Below are positions 29,862 to 40,802 of a stretch of DNA of 64,000 nucleotides, piece after piece. Under the pieces are notes generated by a model. The model worked only from the letters and a program-made list of their open reading frames with translations. It did not search any database and was not told the DNA's origin. The DNA is taken from assembly GCA_028140795.1 (NCBI GenBank), contig JAOIOW010000002.1, positions 5,988 through 69,987 of the forward strand, in the 5' to 3' direction. Position numbers and translations under genes: made by a program. Position 1 is the first letter of the stretch; every line of letters begins with the position of its first letter. The DNA is from Fidelibacterota bacterium. Lineage in GTDB: Bacteria; Fidelibacterota; Marinisomatia; Marinisomatales; Marinisomataceae.

Positions 29862-29890
29862 AATTTACATTTGTAAAATGTACATTTCAA
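29862..29890 (-). promoter_or_regulatory. greA promoter candidate (TTGAAA-N17-TAAATT) whose spacer is filled by overlapping AAATGTA/TACATTT palindromes
   Basis: The minus strand reads TTGAAATGTACATTTTACAAATGTAAATT. AAATGTACATTT (29876-29887) is a perfect 12-nt palindrome. TACATTT-N3-AAATGTA (29866-29882) is a second inverted repeat. Confidence 0.3.
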
Positions 29891-29910
29891 ATAGTATAGT
29901 TTAATTTGAT

Positions 29911-31494
29911 TTAAGCACTTAAATCAGTTTTAGGACCGGCTGCTAGAATATCTGAATCTCGAATTTTAAATTTATCAAAATTACTATTGAAAAGTCTTGT
30001 AAGCATATTACCAGTTGAAAAATATTCCTCTAAATTATTCCAACTATGATGAGGTACCAAGAAGTCATTTTCTAAACCATCAACGTTTAATGGAATTTCT
30101 AAATTAAAAAACTTATCAAATACTGATTTACTAAAGTCTAAGCTACCATCAGTAATTAAATTGATAATATGCTTTGTTAGTTTTAAATCTATTCTTGAAG
30201 ATCCACTTGTTGCACTTGACCCTGACCATCCAGTATTGACTAAATAAACTGAAGAATCGTAATCATTTATTTTTTGCTCCAATAATTCAGCATACCTTAA
30301 AGGATGCAATGTTAAAAAGGGTCCTCCGTAACATGGTGAAAACGCAGCAACTGGCTCTGTTATACCTGTCTCGGTTCCAGCCATTTTAGCTGTATATCCG
30401 CTTATGAAGTGATACATAGCTTGTTTTTTTGTCATTCTAGCTAATGGTGGCATTATACCATACGCATCACAAGTAAGAAAGATAATTGAATTTGGATGAG
30501 GACCAGCACTTTTTAAGCCTTTTGAGCCTAAAGAATTCTCAACAAAGTTAATAGGGTAGCAAATTCTAGAATTTTCACTTTTGGCATTATCATCAAAATC
30601 GACTTCTTTAGTTTCTAAGTCATAAACAACATTTTCTAAAAGAGTTCCGTGCTTAATTGCATTATAAATTTCTGGCTCTTTATCTTTATCAAGATTAATG
30701 GCCTTTGCATAGCATCCACCTTCAAAATTAAATATACCATTGTCTGACCATCCGTGTTCATCATCGCCAATTAAAGGGCGATTTGCATTAGTGCTAAGCG
30801 TGGTTTTTCCAGTACCTGAAAGTCCGAAAAATACGGTTGTCTGATCTTGAGCAGCAGATACGTTTGCAGAGCAATGCATTGACAAAACATTTTTCAATGG
30901 TAAGTAATAATGCATCATTGAAAAAATTCCTTTTTTCATTTCTCCAGCGTATTCTGTACCGCCAATAATTGCAATCTTTTTCTTAATATTAAAGACAATG
31001 AAATTTTCTGAATTTAGTCCGTAATCTTTCCAATTTTCTTCTTTAACATCATAGGCATTGATAATTGTAAAATCAGGATTAAAATCATTCAATTCTTCTT
31101 TTGTTGGACGTATAAACATGTTGTTTACAAAAAGTGATTGCCAGGCTTTCTTTGTTATCATTCTAACATTTAATGAATTGTCTGTATCATCTCCAGCAAA
31201 TCCATCAAAAACATAATAACTTGAATGTAAACCTTCATAAGTATCTAATACTTTATTTAAAAGATAGTCAAAATTTTCTTCTGATAGCTTTTGATTAACT
31301 TCTCCCCACCAAATTTTTTCAGTTGAAGAGTCTTCATCAACAATAAACTTATCTTTAGGAATTCTTCCTGAAAACTCCCCAGTATCAACCATTAAAGCAC
31401 CATTAAGTCCAATGACACCTTCATTATTATTAACAGCATCATTGATCAGATCATCAACGTGTAAATTTCGTTTGAAATTTTGGTTTTTAATCAT
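29911..31494 (-). CDS. pckA: Phosphoenolpyruvate carboxykinase (ATP)
   Basis: 527 aa with the kinase-1a motif [19 protein letters not shown] and [10 protein letters not shown]. Confidence 0.95.
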   Translation of the reverse strand: MIKNQNFKRNLHVDDLINDAVNNNEGVIGLNGALMVDTGEFSGRIPKDKFIVDEDSSTEKIWWGEVNQKLSEENFDYLLNKVLDTYEGLHSSYYVFDGFAGDDTDNSLNVRMITKKAWQSLFVNNMFIRPTKEELNDFNPDFTIINAYDVKEENWKDYGLNSENFIVFNIKKKIAIIGGTEYAGEMKKGIFSMMHYYLPLKNVLSMHCSANVSAAQDQTTVFFGLSGTGKTTLSTNANRPLIGDDEHGWSDNGIFNFEGGCYAKAINLDKDKEPEIYNAIKHGTLLENVVYDLETKEVDFDDNAKSENSRICYPINFVENSLGSKGLKSAGPHPNSIIFLTCDAYGIMPPLARMTKKQAMYHFISGYTAKMAGTETGITEPVAAFSPCYGGPFLTLHPLRYAELLEQKINDYDSSVYLVNTGWSGSSATSGSSRIDLKLTKHIINLITDGSLDFSKSVFDKFFNLEIPLNVDGLENDFLVPHHSWNNLEEYFSTGNMLTRLFNSNFDKFKIRDSDILAAGPKTDLSA

Positions 31495-32405
31495 TTCTTA
31501 CCTCTTGGGTGAGCTTTATCAATGGTATCTTGAAGTTTCTCAAGACTAACATGTGTATAAATTTGTGTTGATGATAATTTTGAATGTCCAAGCAATGACT
31601 GAATTGCGCTAATGCCAACTCCTCTATTCAGTAAATGAGTTGCAAATGAGTGCCTCAAAGTATGAGGTCCAAATGCGCTCAATGATAATCCTTTTAAGTT
31701 ACTTGTCACTATGTATTGAATATTGTTTCTTGTTAAAGATTTATTATCTTTATTGACGAACAAGTTATTATCTATGATTGATTTTGACAAAGGATATTTT
31801 CCAATTTTTTCTAAATATTTAACTATCAATTTTTTAGTAAAATCATCATAATTAGAAAATCTTTCTTTACCTCCTTTACCTAACACTTTTACTGAATTAT
31901 TATCCAAATCAATATCTTTAAGATTTAAACTAGTCATTTCTTCAAGTCGTAATCCTGATGTGAAAAAAAGCATTATTATAGCCTTATCTCTAATTTTTGA
32001 AAAATTATCTTTTTTAGATTCATCAATTTTATTTAAAACATCATGAATTTTTTCTTCAGATAAAAATGATGGTATAGATTTTTTGAATTTAGGTGAAGGA
32101 TATGTTTGAATACTATTTAATACTATATCGTTTATTAAGCTTTGTGAAAATAGATATTTATAAAATGTGCGTAAAGAAGATAATATTCTTGAAAAAGATC
32201 TAGGTCCTATAGTTGCACTTAAATCAGAATGAAAATCAAAAATATTTTCTTTGGATAATTTCTTATAATTGATGGAAAATTCAGTGATATATACTTCAAA
32301 TTTCGAAATATCTCTATCATAATTTTCAATGGTTCTTACAGAGTATCCTTTATCAAATTCGAGAAAATCCAAAAACTCTTTTTTGACTGTATCAAATTTC
32401 TTCAT
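31491..32405 (-). CDS. Tyrosine site-specific recombinase, XerC/XerD family
   Basis: 304 aa with an N-terminal SAM-like domain and catalytic residues in GLRLEE...[12 protein letters not shown]...[15 protein letters not shown]. Embedded in a housekeeping operon with overlaps on both sides. Confidence 0.8.
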   Translation of the reverse strand: MKKFDTVKKEFLDFLEFDKGYSVRTIENYDRDISKFEVYITEFSINYKKLSKENIFDFHSDLSATIGPRSFSRILSSLRTFYKYLFSQSLINDIVLNSIQTYPSPKFKKSIPSFLSEEKIHDVLNKIDESKKDNFSKIRDKAIIMLFFTSGLRLEEMTSLNLKDIDLDNNSVKVLGKGGKERFSNYDDFTKKLIVKYLEKIGKYPLSKSIIDNNLFVNKDNKSLTRNNIQYIVTSNLKGLSLSAFGPHTLRHSFATHLLNRGVGISAIQSLLGHSKLSSTQIYTHVSLEKLQDTIDKAHPRGKK

Positions 32406-33360
32406 TTTTAATCATTTCGAATAGGTTACTAAATTCTTTAGATGGTTGAGCTTTAAAAAGTATTTTCTTTTCTTTCCTAGGGTGTAAAAAAGATATACTT
32501 GAAGCATGAAGATAATGTCCATTTAGAATACTAATATTATTATTTATTTTTTTTCTTACCTCCGGCAGATATTCATTTAATTTTTTCCAACCTCCACCGT
32601 AAAGTTCATCTCCTATTATTGGATAACCTTTTTCACTACAGTGAATTCTTATTTGGTGTGTTCTTCCAGTTTTGGGAAAAAAATTAATTGCTGAAAAGTA
32701 TTTACCCTTATTAATTAACTTAAATTTTGATGTAGCTTCCCTTCCTTCTATTGAAGATTGATATTTTAAAGGATTTTTTTTGCTTCGTGATAACTTATTT
32801 TCAATAATACCTTCATCATCTGTCCATTCTCCCCATGTTAAGGCAATGTACTCTTTTTGGATTGTTCTATTTTTAAACTGATCAGCTATTTTCCAATGAG
32901 CATATTCATTAAAAGGTATTATCATTACTCCGGTTGTATCTCTATCAAGTCTATGTACAATTCCTGGCCTTAATGGATCAGGATGACTTGATAACTTATC
33001 TTCAAACTGATTTAAAAGAATATTAACTAATGTCTCATCTTTATTATTTGTAGTGGGGTGTGAAATGACTCCAAATGGCTTATTGATTATAGCAAAATCA
33101 TCATCCTCATAAATAACTTCTAATGGATATTCCCATTTTTTAAGTTTAGGTACTTCAAGAGACTCAAATTTCGATGTATCAACTTTTATGGTATCTCCAT
33201 AGGAAAGTTTGAGATTTTTTTTAACAGTTTTATCGTTAACAGTAATTCTTCCTTCAGAAATAAGTTTTTGAATTTTACTTCGTGAAAATTGAATTAATCT
33301 AGAAGATAAAAAAGTATCTAAACGAATTAATTCATCAGATGATGAAACAGATATTGTCAT
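32392..33360 (-). CDS. rluD: 23S rRNA pseudouridine synthase, RluD family
   Basis: 322 aa with an N-terminal S4 domain, the catalytic motif [10 protein letters not shown] and GRTHQIR. Confidence 0.85.
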   Translation of the reverse strand: MTISVSSSDELIRLDTFLSSRLIQFSRSKIQKLISEGRITVNDKTVKKNLKLSYGDTIKVDTSKFESLEVPKLKKWEYPLEVIYEDDDFAIINKPFGVISHPTTNNKDETLVNILLNQFEDKLSSHPDPLRPGIVHRLDRDTTGVMIIPFNEYAHWKIADQFKNRTIQKEYIALTWGEWTDDEGIIENKLSRSKKNPLKYQSSIEGREATSKFKLINKGKYFSAINFFPKTGRTHQIRIHCSEKGYPIIGDELYGGGWKKLNEYLPEVRKKINNNISILNGHYLHASSISFLHPRKEKKILFKAQPSKEFSNLFEMIKNEEI

Positions 33361-33364
33361 AATA

Positions 33365-33811
33365 TTATTTATTTACAAGTATAGAACTATACAATAAAAA
33401 TATCAATCCTATTGTGACTGAGGAATCAGCAACATTAAATACATACCAATGCATTCCATTTAGGTGAAAATCAATAAAATCAACAACATATCCTCTGAAA
33501 ATTCTATCAATGATATTTCCAATAGCACCAGCAATAATCAAATAAAGGGCGATTTGAGAATACTTATCTTGAAAATCATCATTATTTAACAAGTAAAAAA
33601 GATAGACTGTTATAATAATTGGCAAAATGATAAATAGTAATTCTGCTCCCTCAAAATAAATCCCAAAAGCAATACCTTCATTACGGATATAAGTAAAATT
33701 GAGTAAATAAGGTATTACAGAAAAAGAATCGTAAAGATTCATTGTATTATGAACAACAAATTTTGAAAGTTGATCTATGACAACAATCAAAACTGATAAA
33801 TATTTCATCAT
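33365..33811 (-). CDS. lspA: Lipoprotein signal peptidase II
   Basis: 148 aa with four TM helices and the motifs NEGIAFG and VFNVADS. Confidence 0.9.
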   Translation of the reverse strand: MMKYLSVLIVVIDQLSKFVVHNTMNLYDSFSVIPYLLNFTYIRNEGIAFGIYFEGAELLFIILPIIITVYLFYLLNNDDFQDKYSQIALYLIIAGAIGNIIDRIFRGYVVDFIDFHLNGMHWYVFNVADSSVTIGLIFLLYSSILVNK

Positions 33812-34224
33812 ATAAGATTTAATTTTTTCTTTTCTTTACAGAAAACACCTTTAGTGGCGTTTGGAACTTCCATAAGTCTCTCTTTTGAGATTAAAGGACA
33901 ATCTGGACTTTCACACTTCTCAGGAGTTTTAGTTGAAATTTCACATATTCCATATGTACCATCTTTAATTCTTTGAAGTGCTTTTTGTAGATTAACTAAA
34001 TAATCTGATTCACGAGACATTAAAAGAAAATTCTTTTCAACTTCATGAGCTTCAGTACCTTCATTAAAGTCTTCAGACCTCTCTTGAATAAAAACAGAAT
34101 TCGTTGGCTTTGTAGTAGATCTTACACCCTCAATACTATCATTAACCTCAGCCATTTTTGCTAAAATGTTAGCTTCAAATTTTTTTAATTCTGCTTTAGT
34201 ATATTTTGTTTTCTGTTTAGCCAA
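33808..34224 (-). CDS. DksA/TraR-family protein with non-canonical cysteine spacing
   Basis: 138 aa with a coiled-coil N-terminus and the C-terminal DGTYGICE...ISKERLMEVPNAT motif of the DksA/TraR family. Cys at residues 94, 104, 109 and 129 rather than two CxxC pairs. ileS-dksA-lspA neighbourhood. Confidence 0.65.
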   Translation of the reverse strand: MAKQKTKYTKAELKKFEANILAKMAEVNDSIEGVRSTTKPTNSVFIQERSEDFNEGTEAHEVEKNFLLMSRESDYLVNLQKALQRIKDGTYGICEISTKTPEKCESPDCPLISKERLMEVPNATKGVFCKEKKKLNLI

Positions 34225-34233
34225 TTTTCTCTC

Positions 34234-37200
34234 TTATAGTTTTTTTAAAGAAATTTCAATTTCATTATTTTCATACTTGAAAGAAGAATTATAGTCAGAA
34301 TTTTCCAAATTTGCTACAATATCCTTACATAATACCTCATTCATAAAATATTCTTTATTTTCTTCAATAATATTTTTTAACTCATCAGAGAAATTAGCAG
34401 AGATAATAATTCTGTCATCAATCTCAAAATTTGCTTCTTTTCTCATCAACTGTATTTGCCTTATTAAATCTCTCAAAACCCCTTCTAATCTTAAAGAATC
34501 GCTAATAGTTGTATCTAACGATACAATTAAATCATTTCCTAAGAAAGATTCGCTTCCCTCATTTGCTTTTAAATCTATAATCAGATCATCTTTTGTCAAT
34601 TCATGTTCGTTCTTAGGAATTGCCAATCCATTCAAAACGTTTTTTGTGACTTTTAAAGGATCAAGATCACTTATTGATTTCATAGCATCCTGCATTTCAT
34701 CTCCAAACTTCATTTTCATATTCTTAAAATTTGGCTTCAAAGTCAAAGTTCCAAACTCTTTGACTTCATCAGAAAATAGTACTTCTTTAATATTTAACTC
34801 ATCTAAGATTGTCTCTTCTTGATCTTTAATAAATGAAGTTATTTCATCGTTATTCAGCAAAACTCTTAAGCTTTGGAGCGGTTGCCTAACTTTTATATTA
34901 GCTTTTTTTCTTACTGCTCTTCCAGACTCAATTACTTTTTTTAATGAGTCAACTTTCTCAATTAATTCATTATTGATTTTATCATCATCGCATTTAGGAA
35001 AATCTGATAAGTGGATGCTGTCTTTGTTCTCATTTTTATCCGTAGAAGTTATATTCAAATACATTCTTTCTGTTACAAACGGAAGAACAGGCGATAAGAC
35101 TTTAATTAAATCCAAAATCACATCATAAAGAGTCTGATAAGCTATATATTTGTCTGAATCATTCTCACTTTTCCAAAATCTTCTTCTATTTCTTCTTATG
35201 TACCAATTTGATAAATCATCTAAGAAGGTTTCTACATTTTTTAATAGCTTATCTACTTCAAAATTTTCATAATTCAATTTTGCGCTAGCATTTAATTGCT
35301 GCGATTTTGAAATAATCCAATTATCTAATAAAGTTAAATCTTTAGGAATTATTTTTTGTGAATGTGGAGAAAACTTATCAAGACTTGCATAGGTACAGAA
35401 AAACGAATAAATATTCCATAGACTAATCAACTTTTTTCTGACTTCGTCAGCTTTATCATATCCAAAAAGTAAGTTGTTTTCTACATTTTGTTTCGAATAC
35501 ATCCATCTCATTACATCAACACCCATCTTTTCAGCTGCATCATCAAACCAGATAGCATTACCTGCAGATTTATGCATTTCATCACCTTTTTCATCTTTTA
35601 CTAACGCATGTCCAAGTAACGTTTTAAATGGTGCTTTTTCCTCTAAGAAAGATGACATAGCTAATAACGAGTAAAACCAGTTTCTAAACTGCCCAGGAAA
35701 ACATTCTGTAATAAAATCAGCTGGAAACCATTCTTCCCAATAGCTTTTATCTTCAAAATACTTTATTGTAGAAAAAGGAACAATTCCAGCATCTAACCAA
35801 GGATTTCCTACATCTTCAATTCTAGTTCCAATAAGTCCAGATTTAGGATGTTTAATTTTAACATAGTCAACCCAAGGTCTATGTGGAGTATTTCCATCAA
35901 ATTTTTCCCATCCTTCAACAGCTAATTCCTTCAGTTCTTCTTTAGAACCAACCACATGAAATGTTCCATCCTCAAATGTCCAAATTGGCAAGGCTAATCC
36001 CCAGAATCTCTTCTTTGAAATCATCCAATCTCCCATATTGTCTAACCAATCATGCTCTCTATCTCTTCCCCAATTTGGAATCCAATTAATTTCATCTACA
36101 ACAGATTTAATTTTATTTCTCCAATCCATATTGATATACCATTCATCAACCTGTTTAAATACTAGTTCGTCTCCAGATCTCCAACAGTGCGGATATATAT
36201 GAGGATAATCTTCAACATATAGAAGAAGACCTCTTTCTTTTAAATTGGAAATAATTTTTTGAGCAGTTTCAGGATCTGTAACACTTAAACCAGACATAAA
36301 ATCAAAACCTTGAATGAAATTTGCTTGATTATCAATTGGTGAAATTTCAACAAAACCTTCTCTTTTACATATTTTATTATCGATAGCACCACATCCGCCA
36401 GCCATGTGAACAAATCCTGTTCCTTCACCCTCAACAACCATATCGTTACCTTCAGAATCTTTTCCACCATCAATAATGATATGACAATCTATAGCTGATT
36501 TATCTTGCAAATTGCTTGTATCATGAATTGGATAACCCCCTTTAGTCCTTTGAGGCTCCAAATGATCAAATGGTCCTTGGTATGTTAAACCAATTAATTT
36601 TTTACCATTAATGACTTCTATAATTTCATATCCGCCACGTTCTTTGAAAATTTGATCTAATGTTTTTAGTTTTGGAACACCATCTACCCAATTTTTCTTT
36701 TCAGCAAATTCTTTGTTTAATCTTTGATACTTTAAATTTGTTTCAGCTACATAATATATTGATCCATCATTAGCCTTTATTTTTGCGTAATTTATTTTTT
36801 TGTTTACCGCAACAGCAATATTAGATGAAAGAGTCCAAGGGGTCGTTGTCCAAATTAAAATATTTTCATTTTCTTTATCTTTTAAAGGAAACTTTACAAA
36901 AACACCTTTATGCACTGTAAGTTTTCTTCCTTCAATAATCTCCATCTGTGAATAGGAAGTACCAGATCTTCCAGACCAAGGAACTACATCGGTCCCTCTA
37001 TAGATTTTTCCATCTTCATGTAATTTTTTTAGAAAAGCCCAAATTGCATAGTTGTTTTCTTCGGACATTGTGAAATAAGAATTATCCCAATCCATCCAAT
37101 ATCCTAGTCTTATAGATTGATCCTTTTGTACTTCAGAAAATTTCTCAACACGCTCTTTACAAAGATTTACAAACTTTTCTATGCCTAGATCTTCAACTTC

Positions 37201-37521
37201 TTTCTTTGATTTGATTCCAAGTTCTTTTTCCACTTCAATTTCTACCCAAAGGCCTTGACAATCGAAACCATTTTGGTATCTCAATTGATGTCCATTCATT
37301 GATTTATATCTTTGATAAAGATCTTTTAACGTTCTTCCCCAAGCATGATGAACGCCCATAGGATTATTCGCAGTGATAGGTCCATCAAGAAAGCTCCATT
37401 TTGGACCGTTGGAGTTTTTTTCGACTAGTTTTTCAAAAGTTTTATTTTTGGACCAATAATCGAGTATTTCATGTTCATTTTTAACAAAATCAACTTTTGG
37501 ATTTTCTTTCTTTATGCTCAT
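34234..37521 (-). CDS. ileS: Isoleucine--tRNA ligase (long, type-2-like)
   Basis: 1095 aa with the HIGH-type motif PMGVHHAWGR, the KMSKS-type motif EMHKSAGN and a CP1 editing insertion. Confidence 0.95.
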   Translation of the reverse strand: MSIKKENPKVDFVKNEHEILDYWSKNKTFEKLVEKNSNGPKWSFLDGPITANNPMGVHHAWGRTLKDLYQRYKSMNGHQLRYQNGFDCQGLWVEIEVEKELGIKSKKEVEDLGIEKFVNLCKERVEKFSEVQKDQSIRLGYWMDWDNSYFTMSEENNYAIWAFLKKLHEDGKIYRGTDVVPWSGRSGTSYSQMEIIEGRKLTVHKGVFVKFPLKDKENENILIWTTTPWTLSSNIAVAVNKKINYAKIKANDGSIYYVAETNLKYQRLNKEFAEKKNWVDGVPKLKTLDQIFKERGGYEIIEVINGKKLIGLTYQGPFDHLEPQRTKGGYPIHDTSNLQDKSAIDCHIIIDGGKDSEGNDMVVEGEGTGFVHMAGGCGAIDNKICKREGFVEISPIDNQANFIQGFDFMSGLSVTDPETAQKIISNLKERGLLLYVEDYPHIYPHCWRSGDELVFKQVDEWYINMDWRNKIKSVVDEINWIPNWGRDREHDWLDNMGDWMISKKRFWGLALPIWTFEDGTFHVVGSKEELKELAVEGWEKFDGNTPHRPWVDYVKIKHPKSGLIGTRIEDVGNPWLDAGIVPFSTIKYFEDKSYWEEWFPADFITECFPGQFRNWFYSLLAMSSFLEEKAPFKTLLGHALVKDEKGDEMHKSAGNAIWFDDAAEKMGVDVMRWMYSKQNVENNLLFGYDKADEVRKKLISLWNIYSFFCTYASLDKFSPHSQKIIPKDLTLLDNWIISKSQQLNASAKLNYENFEVDKLLKNVETFLDDLSNWYIRRNRRRFWKSENDSDKYIAYQTLYDVILDLIKVLSPVLPFVTERMYLNITSTDKNENKDSIHLSDFPKCDDDKINNELIEKVDSLKKVIESGRAVRKKANIKVRQPLQSLRVLLNNDEITSFIKDQEETILDELNIKEVLFSDEVKEFGTLTLKPNFKNMKMKFGDEMQDAMKSISDLDPLKVTKNVLNGLAIPKNEHELTKDDLIIDLKANEGSESFLGNDLIVSLDTTISDSLRLEGVLRDLIRQIQLMRKEANFEIDDRIIISANFSDELKNIIEENKEYFMNEVLCKDIVANLENSDYNSSFKYENNEIEISLKKL

Positions 37522-37572
37522 AATTAACTATGAACTTATAAGAAAAGGGGAATTATTGCAATTGTATAGAAA

Positions 37573-38988
37573 TTATCTTGTAATAGTAATAAATCTTGAT
37601 GAAGAACCACGTTTGACAAGAAATAGTACTTTTGATTCATCATCAAACTTTGACATTTCAGAAAGAAAGTCTTTTGTACTGTAAATCTTTTTACGTCCAA
37701 CGCGTGTGATAATATCTCCTTCTTGAAGCCCTGCTTCTTCTGCTGGACTATTATCTTCAACTCCAGTAACAATTACTCCTTGAATATTAGAAGGATTTTT
37801 TTCATTTAATTTATATTTATCAATTAAATCTTCACTCGGATTTTCAAGTAATAATCCGAATTCATAATTGACATTTGTATTAGCAGCTACTGTATCTTCT
37901 CTTTCTTCAAGAGTAACATATATATTTTTCTTTTTATTATCTCTGAAAATACCAAGCTTGACTCTTGAGCCTGGATCAGTACTGGATACAAGGTTTTTAA
38001 GTTCAGAACCATTACTGATTTCTTTACCTTCGAAAGAAACAATCACATCTCCTTCTACTAAATCAGATTTTGAAGCTGGACTGCCTTCAACAATGTCACT
38101 TACAATAGCTCCATTTCGAGTTTGAAGTTCCAATGTCTCATATAAATCTTCATTAATATCTTGCATGTAAATACCTAAGAAAGATCTAACAACATATCCT
38201 TTAGTAATAAGATCGTTCATTACTTTTTTAACCATCGTTGAAGGAATTGCAAAGCCAATACCAGCATTAGCTCTTCCACCACCTGAAGCAATAGCAGCAT
38301 TAATACCAATTAACTCACCATTCATATTTAAAAGAGCCCCTCCACTATTTCCAGGATTTATTGCTGCATCTGTTTGAATGAAGTTTTGATAAGTATTTAA
38401 GTTATTCATTACATCATTTCTACCTAATGCACTAACAATTCCCGCAGTAACAGTATGACTCAATGATGCAGAAAAAGGGCTTCCAATAGCTATGACCCAT
38501 TCTCCTACTCTTACTGCTTCAGAATCTCCTAAATCAACAGCTTTTATATCTTCTGCTTGTATTTGAAGCACAGCTAAATCGGTAGCTTTATCTAATCCAA
38601 TAACAGTAGCCTCAAAAATACGTTTATCAAGTAATTGGACTTTAATTTCTTCAACAGGTTTTTGAGATCTTTCATCAAAAATAACATGATGATTAGTGAC
38701 TATATATGCATTTTCATCATCGACAATAACACCTGAACCAAGCGATTTACTTTCATACTCATCTGGAATCTCTCTACCCCAGTATCTATAAAAGTTTTGA
38801 ACATCTCTGTCCAATTGAACGGTATTTGTTGTAGTGATGGTCACTACTGACTCGTTTACTTCCTCTGCAATGTCAGCAAAAGAATTAAAAAATTCATATG
38901 CTTTTGATTGCGCAAATGAAGTTGAAACAAATAATAAAATAAATGTTAGTTTTTTCATCATATTTATCTGAAATGATTTAATCATCAT
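37573..38988 (-). CDS. htrA: Periplasmic serine endoprotease DegP/HtrA with two PDZ domains
   Basis: 471 aa with a signal peptide. The catalytic triad is placed from the HH, D and GNSGGALLN motifs. Two PDZ-like segments. An AAGGA Shine-Dalgarno sequence 5 nt upstream of the ATG at 38988 supports the long start; alternative start Met10 at 38961. Confidence 0.9.
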   Translation of the reverse strand: MMIKSFQINMMKKLTFILLFVSTSFAQSKAYEFFNSFADIAEEVNESVVTITTTNTVQLDRDVQNFYRYWGREIPDEYESKSLGSGVIVDDENAYIVTNHHVIFDERSQKPVEEIKVQLLDKRIFEATVIGLDKATDLAVLQIQAEDIKAVDLGDSEAVRVGEWVIAIGSPFSASLSHTVTAGIVSALGRNDVMNNLNTYQNFIQTDAAINPGNSGGALLNMNGELIGINAAIASGGGRANAGIGFAIPSTMVKKVMNDLITKGYVVRSFLGIYMQDINEDLYETLELQTRNGAIVSDIVEGSPASKSDLVEGDVIVSFEGKEISNGSELKNLVSSTDPGSRVKLGIFRDNKKKNIYVTLEEREDTVAANTNVNYEFGLLLENPSEDLIDKYKLNEKNPSNIQGVIVTGVEDNSPAEEAGLQEGDIITRVGRKKIYSTKDFLSEMSKFDDESKVLFLVKRGSSSRFITITR

Positions 38989-38996
38989 AAAGTTCC

Positions 38997-40796
38997 TTAA
39001 TTATTTAATCCTGTTTTTAAAAAGTCCTTAAACTCTTCAACGTTTCTTGTCAAACCAGGAAACTCTGATAATACCTTATCATTACTGTCTAAAATTACAT
39101 AATAAGGTAGAGCAGCAGTTTCAAATCGATTGATTTGATACTCTCTTTTCTCTAAATATCCTTCTCCTGCATCAGTATATAAACTAACAAGGACATATTC
39201 GGACATTAGTTCTTCGACTGAATTAATGCTAAATATATTTGTTTCCATCCATCTACAGTTTGTACATGTGACGCCTGTAAAATCAATAAAAATATTTTTA
39301 TTCTGCTCTGCAGCTATAATAAATGCATCATCTAAATTATTATTCCAAACAAGATTGGATTGATATTTTTTGGGAGGTAAATATGATTTGATATTACCAT
39401 TAATATCATAACCATGATTTCCAGCTGCTAGATATGTTCCAAAGAATATGAAAGCAAGAGCAAACAATGATCTTTGAATTGAAAAAGTAACAGGCGAATC
39501 ATTTTTAAACTTTATTAATCCAAAAATATATAAGCCGGTTAATAGCATTATTAATGCCCATAAATACAAAACAACTTCATATGTAAAAATATTCCAATTC
39601 CAAACCAAGTCAGTATTGCTGATGAATTTGAAAGCAGCTGCAAGTTCTAAGAAACCCATTACTACTTTTACAGAATTTAGCCATCCACCAGACTGTGGTA
39701 ATTTTGTTAAATAATGTGGAAAGAGGGCTAAAAAGAAAAATGGAGAAGCAAACGCTAAACTAAAAATCAACATCCCAATTATTGGCCAAAACCATTCTCC
39801 TTGTGAGGCAGCAACCAATATTAATCCCATAAATTGAACTGTACAGGTAAATGAAGTTAAGGTAAAAGTTAAAGCCATAAATAAAATACCGACATAGCCT
39901 TCCGAATTTTCTTTTTGAAGTGAAAGTCTTCTTAATGATTCAGGTATCTCTATTTCATAAAATCCAAATAAAGACATTGCAAAATAAATGAATAAAAATG
40001 CTATAAACATATTTACTATTGGATTTGCAGCAAGCTGATTTGCGCCAGATGCTCCTAATAGTATTGCTAACATCATTCCTAAAAAAGTAAATGTTAGAAC
40101 AATGCCCAACATATAAACAGTAGCACTTTTTACTGGAGAAGAATTAGTATTCTCACTTCTATGCATAAAAAATGAAATGGTGATTGGAATCATAGGGAAA
40201 ACACATGGAGTTAGAAGAGCAAGGAAGCCCATACTCATAGCAAGAACAAGAAATGAACTTATATTATTATCAGCAATAGCTAATATAGAGTCTTTATCAA
40301 AATCAAAATTTTCAAAAACAAAATCAGATCTTATGGGACCTGATTTGATATCAAAGGTTGCTGTCTTGGTAATTTGGTTCGGCGGATAACATAAGCTATT
40401 ATTACAAACCTGGTAGTCAATAATTACATCTACATTGTAAGTACCATTTGGCAAATCATCTTTTAATTCTAATGGAATACTAAATTGAGGAGTGCCTTCA
40501 TGATATTTAGTAATATTCCCAAACCCTTCATCAAATTTTTCTATTGGCTCTGGCTCAATGACTCTTCCAGACTTATTAACAATATCTGATTCGATAATAA
40601 ATTTTGTTGAGGATGGACCTTCAGGCACATCATAGACTGCATAAATCCTCCACGTAAAATCAAGTTCAGCGTTTACATCAATAATCGCAACTTCACCTTG
40701 ATTTACATCGTCAATATTAACAGTAAATTGGGCTGGATCGCTAAACTGAGCCCAAAGAATATTCAAGAATGATAATGTTAAAAAAAATTTCTTCAT
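38997..40796 (-). CDS. dsbD: Thiol:disulfide interchange protein DsbD
   Basis: 599 aa with a signal peptide, an N-terminal Ig-like domain, a membrane core with LLTPCVFPMIP, and a C-terminal thioredoxin domain with CTNC. Confidence 0.85.
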   Translation of the reverse strand: MKKFFLTLSFLNILWAQFSDPAQFTVNIDDVNQGEVAIIDVNAELDFTWRIYAVYDVPEGPSSTKFIIESDIVNKSGRVIEPEPIEKFDEGFGNITKYHEGTPQFSIPLELKDDLPNGTYNVDVIIDYQVCNNSLCYPPNQITKTATFDIKSGPIRSDFVFENFDFDKDSILAIADNNISSFLVLAMSMGFLALLTPCVFPMIPITISFFMHRSENTNSSPVKSATVYMLGIVLTFTFLGMMLAILLGASGANQLAANPIVNMFIAFLFIYFAMSLFGFYEIEIPESLRRLSLQKENSEGYVGILFMALTFTLTSFTCTVQFMGLILVAASQGEWFWPIIGMLIFSLAFASPFFFLALFPHYLTKLPQSGGWLNSVKVVMGFLELAAAFKFISNTDLVWNWNIFTYEVVLYLWALIMLLTGLYIFGLIKFKNDSPVTFSIQRSLFALAFIFFGTYLAAGNHGYDINGNIKSYLPPKKYQSNLVWNNNLDDAFIIAAEQNKNIFIDFTGVTCTNCRWMETNIFSINSVEELMSEYVLVSLYTDAGEGYLEKREYQINRFETAALPYYVILDSNDKVLSEFPGLTRNVEEFKDFLKTGLNN

Positions 40797-40802
40797 ATTG
40801 GG

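Noticed and set aside
31491-32405. A tyrosine recombinase as a possible marker of an integrated mobile element.
   Set aside because: It has the XerC/XerD-type catalytic tail ([12 protein letters not shown]...[15 protein letters not shown]). It overlaps rluD (14 nt) and pckA (4 nt) inside a housekeeping array. I saw no flanking tRNA, repeats or phage/plasmid genes. A chromosome-dimer resolvase is the simpler reading.
37522-37572. A possible T-box or attenuator leader upstream of ileS, or a terminator after htrA.
   Set aside because: The gap is only 51 nt, far too short for a T-box. It contains only short AT-rich palindromes (CAATTG, TTGCAA), with no GC-rich stem and no T-tract.
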